A DNA stretch of 64,000 bases from Leucoraja ocellata (lineage: Eukaryota): positions 620,001-684,000 of the forward strand of contig JAWMAR010000328.1 in assembly GCA_036785375.1 (NCBI GenBank). The letters run 5' to 3'. The stretch's first letter is position 1. Each line of letters begins with the position of its first letter. This document shows, one piece after another, positions 1-11,238 of the stretch. The notes beneath the pieces were generated by a model that saw only the letters and a program-made list of their open reading frames with translations, did not search any database and was not told the origin of the DNA. The position numbers and the translations under genes are program-made.

Positions 1-229
1 CCCCGACTGCGGATGGTTTGACTGCCCCAACCGCGGGAGACCAAGAGGAAGGAGACTGAACTTTATTGCCTTCCATCACAGTGAGGAATGTGGAATCCAC
101 TGGGGTGGATGTTTATGTTAACTTTTATGTGGTTGTGTGTCTTGTTGCTTTTCATTTAGCATGGCTGCATGGTAACTCAAATATCACTGGGCCTTAATTG
201 GTACATGTGACAATAAACTTGAAATCTTG
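1..229 (+). mobile_element. 3' part of a GC-rich non-coding retroelement with Rex1-like tail
   Basis: Contains the gccttccatcacagtgaggaatg motif shared with copies at 3.8, 39.4, 51.9 and 55.3 kb; ends gtgacaataaacttg. Confidence 0.6.
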
Positions 230-429
230 CTTTGTTCCATGTGCAGGCAGAAGGGATTATTTAATTCTGCATCAATATCAGCACAGACGTTCTATGTTCT
301 AAGTTGAGGACATACTGTGCAGCTCGGGCTGGACAAGTATTTTGCTTCTTTTGCAAATAAGAAAAAAATGGAGAAAAAAAAGACAATCAGGCTGAGTTCC
401 ACTCTGCATTTCAATACATCTACATGTTT

Positions 430-530
430 TTGGCTCTGAAGAAGGGTCCCGACCCGAAACATCGCCTGCCCACCCATTCCCTTCACAATTGCTCTCTGAC
501 CCACTGAATTCCTCATGCAACTATGTGTTT
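430..530 (+). mobile_element. Penelope pLTR-derived fragment with minimal hammerhead core (436-463)
   Basis: ctgaaga-agggtcccgaccc-gaaac-atc. Confidence 0.65.
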
Positions 531-532
531 TA

Positions 533-645
533 TATAACCATATAACAAGTACAGCACGGAAACAGGCCATCTCAGCCCTACAAGTCCGTGCCGAACAACT
601 TTTTTCCTTTAGTCCCACCTGCCTGCCCTCATACCATAACCCTCC
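533..645 (-). mobile_element. CR1-type LINE 3' tail
   Basis: (taaccata)n tail plus acagcacggaaacaggccatctc, nearly identical to 27497-27620. Confidence 0.7.
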
Positions 646-935
646 AAGATTCCAGCATCTGCATATCCTGGTGTCTCTGGTTCTTTGTCTCTGCTCTTTA
701 TTCAATGCTTTCCCCCACTAACCCGGTTATAGCATGGATTACAACTTATCCCCATGGTTACCCTTTTACGCTGTTAGAGACATCCCCCTCCTCCGTCCTC
801 TCTGCAGCTTTACAAACTGCTTTTGTCTCCTTCCCAGTCCTGACAAAGGCTCTTCGACCAGAAACATTAGCTCAGCCTCTCATCCCACAGATGTAGCCTG
901 GCCTGCTGAGTATCCCCACCCGTTTCTATTCTTAT
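646..935 (+). mobile_element. Old Penelope terminal fragments with degenerate hammerhead motif
   Basis: ctgacaaaggctcttcgaccagaaacatt...gatgtagcctggcctgctgagtat; 750-790 is the reverse complement of the block near 4870 and 6020. Confidence 0.45.
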
Positions 936-2539
936 ATTAATTTGTGGAATCATCGCCAGTTGCATTATTGATTATCACCATTCACTTTAATGTCTTTCAA
1001 TGTTTGGCTTTGATCTAGATAATGCCAGCAAAATCTGTAATCAATTTGATTACTGAAGCATGAACCACATTCCTCACAAGGCACTAATGGGGAAAGAACA
1101 TTTGTCCCTTGTTATTCCAACCACCCGGAACAATTCTAAATCACCTCTACTGTTGCAAATAATTGAATCTTAAGTAAAGATAATACTTTTGCTTCCACTC
1201 TATCTGCCTTGATAAGCCTTTGAAGTAAAAGTTGGACATGGACCAGTCCCACCTGCCCGTGTTTGGTCCATATCCTTCCAAACCATACCCCCCAGAAGAT
1301 CATTCTGAGGTACAGCGGAGGAGCTGATTAAACTTCTTTCCTCACAACTGCTCGCCCTGATACCAGGAATGAGACTCACTGCCTTGCTCGGCAAAACCTC
1401 CACTCAACAGGACCTCTGGTGTTTCTCACTGACTAAAAATGGACAAAGAGCACAAATTAAACTGAGTGCTGCATAATTGGATTCGGATTTTCCACTGTTG
1501 TTCCTATTCTGCGTCAACATTTCGGTTCACTATGTTTTTCTGCTGCATTGTATTCGGAGTCTGTGTGCAATATTAGCTCAAATGAGATTCTGGGATCTGT
1601 TTCCACTTGATCCTGAGCAATTCCAGCATAGAGACAAATTGTGGTGGGTGAATGTAGTCTCCTACCTCACTCACAACTGGCACCAGGTCATCACCATGAA
1701 GCTTTCATTTTATTTCTCTCTGCATATGTTGTGTTTTTGCAGCACTTTCTGCCTTTGCACCACAGCCAGCTGGAGGTCTTGCTTTTATTTGAGATATGTA
1801 TTAGTTAGATATTGCACTATTGCTCAAGATGAGCATTATTGTTAGGTACCAGTTATACTCACCTCTGACATTGAATGGTGATGATATTTAATGGTGAGTA
1901 TTTCCCCCCAAAACAGGGTGCAGTAACTGTGATTCACAACCAAAATCAAAGCCCACTCATGGTGAAGTTTGGAATGCTGATATACTACAGAGCTTTTTCC
2001 AGCTACACAACAAGAATCGGCCAAATTCATGAATGAAGTGCAAGTTGCTGAATCATCTCATCTAATTGAATGGGTGAAGCTGATATTTTTCATTCTCTTA
2101 TTTGTTACAGAGACCAGAGGAGGAGTGACCTTTTTGTTCTTTGTGACGAGAAGTGTTGCAACAGCATTGCTAAAAGGGGAAGCAAACATACATCACACAG
2201 CCAGCTCGTGTTCCTTGAGGAATCAGTTTAACAAATGAGAATGGCAACAGTCCCCGTTTGAAGTGGCACCAAAAGCAACCTGCTGTACTGAAGGATTTGT
2301 GAACCTTGCGAAGGGTCACATTCTCAGTGATTAGCAAAAAACTAACGATGTGATTTGTAAGTTTGAGAAACATCTGTCGATTGCAAATGTTCCCGTCTAT
2401 TTCATATAACAAGTTGTCTTGATTGTCACAGAGTTTCTGAAGCATTTGACCTTTCCTTCTGTTTCATGGGGACACAACCCTGGTCTCCCAACTGGTGAAC
2501 CTTGGTTTGATGCACAACTTGCTACAATATTGACATAGA

Positions 2540-2870
2540 GGTGTACAGCATAGAAACAGGCCCTTTGGCCTATCAGGGCTCTGGGAGCCATCACTAATCA
2601 CATTTGTCTGCATTCATTTAATATCCTTCTGTGCCTTGCTCATTCAAGTACCTATCAAGATCCCTCTAAAATATTGTTACTCTTCTTGCCTCCACCACCT
2701 ACTTTGCCAATTCATTTTATATACCAACTACTCTCCGTGTGAAAGGTTAACCTCTCATATCCAATTTAAACCTCATTCATCTCACCTTAAACCTACGCCC
2801 TCCAGTTTAAAACACCTCTACCTTGAGAAATAGACTCTGGCGATCTATCCTATTCTGCCTCTCAAAATTC
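2540..2870 (-). mobile_element. Degraded CR1 3' fragment
   Basis: gcatagaaacaggccctttggcc ... ccaactactctccgtgtgaaaggtt (reverse of the FFTQRVV-coding motif). Confidence 0.55.
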
Positions 2871-3239
2871 TGTCCGTCAGCGGGTCATCTTGCCACTGTT
2901 GCCCTCTGTGAGATAGCACAACAAAACTGCAGACAGGAATTACCGTACATAGGAAAAGGTTATAGAACAAGGGGGCATTAGGGTAACATGAGTGAGTCAA
3001 ATTACTCCTTGGACAATTGTGCAGTCATAGTGGGGTTGACTGCCTCACCCTGAGCAGGGCAAATGGGATAAACTCCTTGCACCCCTAAACAGGGTCACCT
3101 AGATGGCCCTGAGTTGTAGACATTCACAACTGAATGAGATGCCTTTCTTCATCTCAATTCTAAATGTTCAACCCTTTATCCCAAATCTCTGGGCTTTTGT
3201 TCAAGTCTCACCAGCAAGAGAAATAGAGATGTATAATCT

Positions 3240-3462
3240 TAGAGTCATTGAACTCTACAGCATGGAAACAGGCCCTTCGGCCCACCTTGTCAAGTTGACA
3301 TACTAGCTTGCATTTGGCACATATGCCTCCGTCTCATCTGCATATCTTTCCAAATGCCTTTTAAAATTCATGATTCTGTCCACTCCTATAGCTTCCGCTG
3401 GCATCTCATTATAAATACGGACTAGCCTCAGAATAAAAAAGTTGCCCCTGAGGTCCCTCTTA
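3240..3462 (-). mobile_element. Degraded CR1 3' fragment
   Basis: catggaaacaggcccttcggccc ... aaaaaagttgcccctgaggtccctctt. Confidence 0.55.
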
Positions 3463-3736
3463 ATAATAATCATAAATTATTACACTGTCACTGGATGTTT
3501 TTTAGGGTTACAACCTCTGCTAGGTGACAGTGTGATTAATGATTTGTCAAGATCTAAACTAAATTTATAAATATATTGTTTATCTAATATAAATTCATAA
3601 AGAAAATAAAGTTTCAGGTATATTTTACTTTTAAGAAATATTACTCAAGTCATCGATCAATGCCACTTCTGCTTATTTTGTTTTCTGCATGTATGTTAAG
3701 TTTAAACTAGAACAGGCTGAGAAAGCACAGCAACAT

Positions 3737-4543
3737 TACAATACAATACAATACAATTTATTTGTCATTTGAACAATGAGGTTCAAACGAAATGTTGTTT
3801 CTACAGTCATACACACAAGAAAGAACCAAGACACAAACATCCATCACAGCGCATCTCCTCCTCGCTGTGATGGAAGGCAAAGACTTATCTCTCCCCTGCA
3901 CTTCCCATTCCCCTCCCGATGTCAGAGTCCAAGTCAAAGTCCCCGGCGGGCGATGGTAATTGTCCCGTGGCCATTTACGCCGCGCCGGGTGATGCAAGGC
4001 CACGCTCTGGATCTTGTTGTTGGAGCCTCCGGCGAGCGCTAGCAAAGTCCCGCAGCCATTCCAAGCCACGCGGGGCGATGATGTAAGGCCCCGCTCCAGG
4101 TACTCTTCAACCCCGCAACTCGGGCGGGTGAAGTCGCCATTGCGGATGCCCTGAAAAGCGGTCTCCCAGCAGGGTAAGCCTCCGAATCCCAGATGTCGGG
4201 TCGCAGCAGCGCGCCACCACTGCTCCTCCGAACTCGGCCAGCTCCATGATGGTGAGTAGGTCCGCAGCTCCGTGACTGGAGCCCCAGGTCGTTCCTGCTG
4301 GAGGCCGCTCCACGGTGCTAGGCCCCAACGACAATGGAGACCCGACAGAGAAAAGGTCGGGTTCTCCGTGCAGAGGATAGATTTTTAAAAGTTTCCCCCA
4401 CCCCCTGCCCCCCGCCCCCCACACACATACCCACACCCATACACAAAAAAAATAATAAAAACTACATTCAAACGAGACAAAAAATAATAAAAAGACAGAT
4501 GGACTGCAGAGGCCGCTGCGACGTGAGTCGCGCCGCCCACCGG
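3737..4543 (-). mobile_element. Apparently complete GC-rich non-autonomous retroelement (Rex1-like tail, (attgt)n)
   Basis: (tacaa)n at the left end, cgctgtgatggaaggc motif, CpG-rich body homologous to 54701-55405 and 51745-52053. Confidence 0.7.
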
Positions 4544-5080
4544 AATACTGTACAGTCTGTTTAAATCTGTACAGTATAGTTTAAATCTACTCCAAAACAT
4601 AGAAAATAAGGGATATCTGAGAGTGATTACCCAGCAAAAATAAAATCCATGAACCACAAGAGTGTACATTTATAACAATCATATGAGATTAGATTACAAT
4701 CTTAAAATCATCCTTTAATGTTGGATCAATTTTTTACTTACCAGCAAATGTCAGTGCAAACAACATTGGTCAACATGATAACATAAAATGTTGAAAAGGC
4801 CATATTTGTGGGAAGAGCAATATCATTAACGCCACAGACCAGAACTGGGAAGATTGCAGGGTGGTTGAGGGGGATGTCTAGAACAGGGGGGAATAGTGGG
4901 AAACCAGGGTGGCCATGGGCATAACCTGTAAACCAGTCAATGAGTGAGTGAGAGCAGTTGGAGACTGAGGACTCCAAAGAAAGGTAATAAAAGAACGTGG
5001 AAGTTGCAAAACGCAGAACAGGAAAACAGCCTGACAGGTTGTCCTCCATTGCCACAGGAAAAGCCAACAGGCTGGGCTAA

Positions 5081-5625
5081 AGAACCTGTCCCACGTGAGC
5101 CTGTCCCACTAATCCGCGAGTTCTGGCGAGTTTGCCCTCGTCTCATATTCGCAGCATGGTCGACACGAGGTCGTAGGAGGTCTTCGTAACTCTCCTTCAT
5201 GCTCGAGAGTGGTCTCCGCGTACTCGAGGCCTCAGCTAGGTTGCGACGTTTTTTTCAATATGTTAAAAAATAAATGCCCGCCATGGGCATTAAAAAAAGG
5301 TTGCCAGGGAAAAAAATCTATACTTTTTTTACTTGTAGGTTTAGTCGTAGTAGATCGTAGCAGGTCGGCATGTTAGTCGTAGGTAATCGAGGGTACTCGA
5401 AAGTAGTCGAAGATAGTCTTCATCATAGTCGAAGGGAGATCGAAGGAGATCAAAGAGGTCATCTTCACTCTCCACTATTCGGTGTCCAATTTTCCCGAAG
5501 TTAGTCGTAGCTAGTCGAAGCTGGTCTTCAACATAGTCGAAGGAGGTCGAAGGAGGTCTTCAACATGTCATTTTTTTGAACTCTTCTAAACTCGCCAATT
5601 AGGTTGTCCAAGTGGGACAGCCTCT
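5081..5625. mobile_element. PIF/Harbinger-type MITE with internal gtcgtag/gtcgaag repeats
   Basis: TAA at 5078-5080 and 5626-5628 (3-bp TSD); termini agaacctgtcccac ... gtgggacagcctct form an imperfect TIR. Confidence 0.7.
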
Positions 5626-5984
5626 TAATGTTGCAGAAGGCCGATTAAGACAAACAGAGAAGTCAAGATGCCTGACGTTATAGAATTCAATAAAACAGTG
5701 CTTCTTAAACTGATGAATGGTTCACCCAAGGGTGAATGACATTATTTTGGGATGAATGAGTTAATTTATGTTTTTTGCTCATGTGACAAAATAGATTATA
5801 TATAAAATTATACACAAGGGAAAATAAGACAAAAATTACCAAAAAAAACATAAGAAAATGTAGTCGAGGGTGAATGAAATTTTGTGATAAAGACTCGTGT
5901 GAATGACACTGAAATAGTTTAAGAAGCACTGCAATACAAGACCACATCTGTGGGAAGAGCAAGAGAGGGAACGACACAGGTCTG

Positions 5985-6490
5985 TGGGACCAACTGGGAA
6001 GATTGCAGGGAGGTTGGGCAAGGGGGATGTCTCTGTTAGGGTAAAACCAGGGTGACCACGTGTACTTGAGTACCATGTGTACCTGAAAACCAGGTGTCCA
6101 GAGGCTGCAAGGTGCTCAGGAAGATGGTGAGATGCTGTTCCTCGAGCTTGCATTGGGTCTTGCTATAACATAGCAGGAGCTTGTTGACGGAGTGGGAGTG
6201 GGCTGTTGACGGAGTGGGAGTGGGCTGAGGAATTAAAGAGGCAGGGAATGGGGAGGTCAGGGTTGTCCCTGCCGACCCAACCCAGGCGTTCCATAGACTG
6301 GCTACCCAAATGGTCACCCAAATCTGCATTAGATCTCTCCTGTGTGGAGGAGACACATTCAGAATCCTGCTCTGACAATAGATCTCCTTAAAGTTAACTC
6401 TGTTCCTCTTCCCAGCGACGTGGCCTGACCTGCTGAGTATTTCCAGCATTTTCCCTTTTTATTTTAGATTTCCAGCAGCTGCAGTTATTT
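5985..6490 (-). mobile_element. Penelope-like retroelement remnant (GIY-YIG endonuclease C-terminus plus terminal repeat)
   Basis: Minus-strand ORFs give DLPIPCLFNSSAHSH and LLLCYSKTQCKLEEQHLTIFLSTLQPL, resembling vertebrate Penelope PVARHFNS...RKLEEQHLIFRLGTLQP; frameshifted. Confidence 0.7.
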
Positions 6491-6989
6491 TCAATGACAT
6501 TTTATCAATATGCTTGGCATCATCAAAGCATAATGTCATTCACACCAACAGAAACATTATTAAATTAAACTTATTTTAAAATAATTTGTACTTCATTTGC
6601 ACATTCTCTGAACATAAATAATACTGGGAAAGGGCAAACAAAATGAACGGGGAACTGAGGAGAACATTCGTATCCCGATGGGTTTTCATGGTCTGGAGCT
6701 TATGACCTAGAAGGACAATAGAACTATATTCACCATTTATTTTCAAAAGGAGTTTGAGACGTAGTGGAAAATGAATCTATTTCCAGATGGTGAGAGGAAG
6801 TAAGATGACGTGAGGCAGCCTAGGAGTGTGCAGAGGCACCATGCTCCAAATGGGCTCCTTCTTCTTTCATTTTAGGATTCTTCAAAATTTCACTGTGAAG
6901 TGGCAGACATCAACGGAGAGCTTACTCCAGGTACAATGTCTCCTTCCTCTCACTCTACCACTGCTCATTTCACACCGACCCTTGTGTGA

Positions 6990-7175
6990 TCCAAAGATAG
7001 ACACAAATGCTGGAGTAACCAAATGGGACAGGCAGTACCTCTGGAGAGAAGGAATGGGTGACGTTTCGGGTCGAGACCCTTCTTCAGACTGAAGAAGATG
7101 ATGCCTGTCCCGCTGAGTTACCCCAGCATTTTGTGTCTATCTTCAATTTAAACAGCATCTGCAGTTCCTTTCCCA
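6990..7175. mobile_element. Palindromic Penelope-derived element with intact hammerhead core on the minus strand (7060-7087)
   Basis: Left arm gacacaaatgctggagtaac... mirrors right arm gttaccccagcattttgtgtc; minus strand reads ctgaaga-agggtctcgaccc-gaaac-gtc. Confidence 0.75.
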
Positions 7176-8144
7176 CCCTGTGTGGTTCACTTCAGTTGAA
7201 GTGTTGCTTTGGCTTTTCAGAACCATTTTGTTATTGTATTTGTAAAATGATTGTTATGCAGGTTGAGTCAATCAAGTATCTTACTTGAAGGAACTTGACT
7301 GAATATTAGTGTGGGCTGCTTACTCTTACTCTCGGGAGTATACTGGCTGGTAACAGAGGAAGTGGATGGCATAAGTGCAAGCTTCGAACCCATTAAAATG
7401 ACCATGGGTGATTGGGAATCCAATTCCTGCAAGTTACTGCCTCTGTTCCGAGAATCCCATGAGATACACTAGATATCAGTGCACAGCAAAAGAACAGGCC
7501 TTAATAAGCGATGGTACTTCATGCTTGTCCTCCTGTGCCACACAGACGTGATTGTAGATGTCTGGACATGGGTGTACAGGGAATATCTCTCTCAGTCTTT
7601 TACATATTTTGGCATTTGAAGTAAATCGGATGCTGGAGTAAAAATTTCAGGTTGTTAATTGCTGCCACTACAGTAAGTGGGGAATTTGCACTTGGGTTGC
7701 TACCTGTCAAGGTAAATTGTTTACTTCTCACAACTTGCTCGTTTATGACATATAAATCCAGGGAATCTGGAAGTTAAATAGTTCAACAGCTGCAGGATGT
7801 TTCTTTTCTTTAAGAAGACAATGTACAGTAATCCACAGGGACAGAATTGCAGTGAGTGTAGGTGCAAGCCTGTGTTCAGTCTCACATTAACTACATTTTA
7901 TGCAGTGCTTGCATAATTTTCTGTTCAAACGTTGTTTTTTTGGTATTTGGTTAAATAATGAAATGCTTGTTTTTAAAGATTATCTGTGAGAACAATAATG
8001 GAAATGTTTGTGCTTGAAGCATCAGTGCTTCAGTGCTGATGGTCTGATTACCTTAGTCTAGTGCACATGTAGAGCCTTGTTTGCGACCAGTGGCACTCTG
8101 TGCCTGCCCACCCGGTATGTGGAGAAGTTGCTTTAGACTAGACA

Positions 8145-8670
8145 TTAGAGATACAGCGTGGAAACAGGCCCTTCGGCCCACCGAGTCAACATGACCAGCA
8201 CTTACTCTAGCACACACTAGGGACAATTTACAATTTGTAGAAGCCATTAAACCTACAAACCTCTATGTCCTTGGAGTGCAGGATGAAACTGGAACACTCG
8301 GAGAAAACCCACGCGTGTCACAGGGAGAATGTACAATCTCTGTACAGACAGCACCCGTAGCCAGAATCAAACTCAGGTCTCTGGCGCTGTAATGCCCCTG
8401 TCCCACTTAGGAAACCTGAACGGAAACCTCTGGACCCCAACTTTGCGCCCCACCCAAGGTTTCCGTGCGATTCCCGGAGGTTGCAGGTGGTTGCCGGAGG
8501 TTGCAGGTAGTGGAAGCAGGCAGGGAGACTGACAAAAACCTCCGGGAGCCTCCAGGAACCGCACGGAAACCTTGGGTGGGGCGCAAAGTCTCCAGAGGTT
8601 TCCGTTCAGGTTTCCTAAGTGGGACAGGGGCATTAGGCAGCAACTCTACTGCTGCACCACTGTGCCGCCC
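8145..8670 (-). mobile_element. tRNA-derived V-SINE (HE1-like) interrupted by a MITE
   Basis: Minus strand starts gggcggcacagtggtgcagcagtagagttgctgcc; V-domain gtacattctccctgtgac..gcgtgggttttctcc; CR1-like tail ggcctgtttccacgctgtatctctaa. Confidence 0.8.
8393..8632. mobile_element. Palindromic PIF/Harbinger-type MITE inserted in the SINE
   Basis: tgcccctgtcccacttaggaaacctgaacggaaacctctgga ... tccagaggtttccgttcaggtttcctaagtgggacaggggca; flanked by TAA/TTA; removing it restores the SINE sequence ctggcgctgtaaggcagcaactc. Confidence 0.8.
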
Positions 8671-8699
8671 TGATTATACACTAAATTAAATGTGTTTTG

Positions 8700-8835
8700 T
8701 GCTGAGGTGCACAAGAACCTCTGTCTTACCTGGAATGGTTGCTGGGGCCCCTGGATGTTTGTGAGGTTGGAGGTAGAGGGACAGGTGTTAGATCTGCTGT
8801 GGTTGCACAGGGATGTAGCAGCAAACCATGGAGTT
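8700..8835 (-). mobile_element. Penelope ORF remnant
   Basis: Minus-strand translation PCNHSRSNTCPSTSNLTNIQGPQQPFQVRQRFLCTS, resembling the Cys-rich linker before the GIY-YIG domain. Confidence 0.6.
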
Positions 8836-9311
8836 GTAGAGGGAGTGGTCTCTATAAAAAGTGGAAAGGCGTGTGGATATCAAGATTTTCTGAAGGTTTG
8901 ACTGTGTCACATTTGATTGTGTGATACTTTGTTCAATATTTGATCATGCCCCATCAGCGCTTAGTTTGAATGTGTTCTCACATTAACTTTACATCAAATT
9001 CCTCCTCTGTCATATGTTATCTTTCCAAATAACAGAAAGGATCTGATGTGTTTTCCAAGATGTCAGTAGAAGCTACGCTTCAAAAAGAACATTGTTTCAT
9101 GTTAAGTAAAAGACACTATATCACCTCAAGTATTTTCTTTCTATCAAACAGAAAATGCACTATTCATCTTTTCCCTTGCATTTCATCTGTCCTTGATATT
9201 CCCAGTCAATGTAGCCAAAAGGCATTTTCTGTCCAAGCATCAGTTTGTGATGAACGTTTGCAATGTATTTGCTAAAGATTAATGGTTTTCACAACAGTTT
9301 CAGGACTTTAA

Positions 9312-9617
9312 CCCAGAACCAGGGGTCACAGTTTAAGAATAAGGTGTAGGCCATTTAGAACTGAGATGAGGAAAAAAAATTCACCCAGAACTGTGAATCT
9401 GTGGAATTCGCTGCCACAGAAGGCAATGGAGGCGAAATCGCTGGATGTTTTCAAGAGAGAGTTTCCGTGGGGCTAAAGGAATCAAGGGATATGGGGAGAA
9501 ACCAGGAACGGGGTACTGATCTTAGATGATCATCCATAATCATATTGAATGGTGGTGCTGGCTCGAAGGGCTGAATGGCCTACTCCTGCACCTATTTGTC
9601 TATGTTTCTATGTTTCT
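9312..9617 (+). mobile_element. CR1 LINE 3' end
   Basis: ccagaaccaggggtcacagtttaagaat...gtgaatctgtggaattc... with a (ctatgttt)n tail. Confidence 0.8.
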
Positions 9618-10189
9618 AAAGTCAATTGGAAGAATTTTACAGCTTGCTAAAGTATGTTCAAATGTTGTAGTTTTCCTTAAGCAGCTTGGTGTCTTCCTGC
9701 AGACTTTGGAATCCTATTTCTCTGCCACTGGGTGGCTACATTTTTGAAGCACCAGTATCCCAAATGTCATCCATCAGTACTCTAGTATCCTACCACCTCA
9801 TTACTACAAACACCTTCCACCCCACCACGTGCAGCTGCTAAAGGGGCAAGATTAAAACAATTCACACTCTTGGTGGCTTTATGCCAACAAGTAATTAATT
9901 GGTGATTATTTGACGTTTTACAGATGGAAGCAAGAGAATACTGTTATCGAGGTTGGTTTACTGAGTGACTGTCAATTATGTTTCAGCTTTGAGAATAGGT
10001 TGTTTGGATGCTTTCACTGTCAAAAATTTCACATTTGCAGAAAGTTGAGCCTCTCCCATTGTTGAGAGCATCTATAAAGGTAATGGGCCTGGAACAATAT
10101 AACCACATGTTCCTCTTGTGCCAAACTATGCTTAATCTCCTTATTTCCCCACAGTATTTGAATTCAGGGATAGGAATCAGGCAGCAGGA

Positions 10190-10580
10190 CCTTCCTTCTC
10201 TCCAGAGATGCTGCCTGCCCCGCTGTTAATCCAGCTTTTTATATCTATCTTCGGTGTAAACCAGCATCTGCAGTTCCTTCCTACACCTTTTTTACAAATG
10301 GCCTCAATTGACCAAATGAATAGAGAGAATTGTGAAGCAGAGATCACCCCTGCTATTTGTGTAGGAAGGAACTGCAGATGCTGGTTTACACCAAAGACAA
10401 ACACAAAATGCTGGAGTAACTCAGCGGGTCAGACAGCATCTCAGGAGAAAAGGAATAGGTGACGTTTTGGGTTGAGACCCTTTATCAATTTCATGAAGGG
10501 TCTCGACCCGAAACGTCACCAATTCCTTTTCTCCGGAGATGCTGTCTGACCCGCTGAGTTACTCCAACCTTTTGTGTCAT
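10190..10580. mobile_element. Penelope-derived arms, including a palindrome at 10360-10580
   Basis: tgctggagtaactcagcgggtcagacagcatc versus gatgctgtctgacccgctgagttactcca; centre gaagggtctcgacccgaaacgtcacc. Confidence 0.75.
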
Positions 10581-10884
10581 CCCTTCTATTTGTTGTGTTG
10601 GACACTGGGCAGCCATTCATGAAATACATTCATGAAATACATTCGGCACTAACTCAAATGCTAATAAAATCATTTACATTTATGCAGCCTCCAAACTGGC
10701 AGTAAGTGATGGCTGAATCAAGAAAGCTGGAAATATTCAGCAGGTCAGGCAGCATCTGTGGGGAGAGAAGTAGACTTTACAATTTATGGTGATGATCTTT
10801 CTTGCAAAACATTTCCATAATTATTTGCTTTTATTTGTAGATTCCCAGCATTTCCATCTTTTAATTACCAATTGTTTTGTTTAA

Positions 10885-11180
10885 TTTAGTTTAGTTTAGA
10901 GATACAGCATGAAACAGGCCCTATGGCCCATCAAGTCCATGCCAACCAATGGTCACCCCGTACACTGTTCTATCCAACACACTCGGGACAATTCACAGAA
11001 GGCAATAAACCTACAAACCTGCACGTCTTTGGAATGTGGGAGGAAACCTGAGCCCCTGGAGAAAACCCACGCGGTCACATGGTGAACGTACAATCTCTGT
11101 CGATAGCACCTGTAGTCAGGATCAAACCTGGGTCTCTGGTGCTGTAATGCAGCAACTCCACTGCTGTGGCACGGTGTCAT
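10885..11180 (-). mobile_element. V-SINE (HE1-like)
   Basis: (tttag)n tail, gagaaaacccacgcggtcac V-domain, gcagcaactccactgctgtggcac head. Confidence 0.8.
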
Positions 11181-11238
11181 CCTAATTGAATACTTCTGGT
11201 TTGGTCATTGTTGTTATCTCGGCTACTACAGCTTCCAT

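Noticed and set aside
2111-2356. Exon-like unit with acceptor tttgttacag and donor gtaagt
   Set aside because: The frame in the ORF track stops inside it and no recognisable peptide results; at most a non-coding exon, with no other support.
4845-4935. Direct repeat with 5990-6080
   Set aside because: Also present inverted near 750-790 next to Penelope terminal sequence, so best explained as an old dispersed repeat.
5330-5570. CRISPR-like or satellite array
   Set aside because: Short degenerate 7-mers without unique spacers, inside a MITE in a vertebrate genome.
6182-6226. Tandem duplication tgttgacggagtgggagtgggc x2
   Set aside because: Local slippage inside a dead Penelope remnant.
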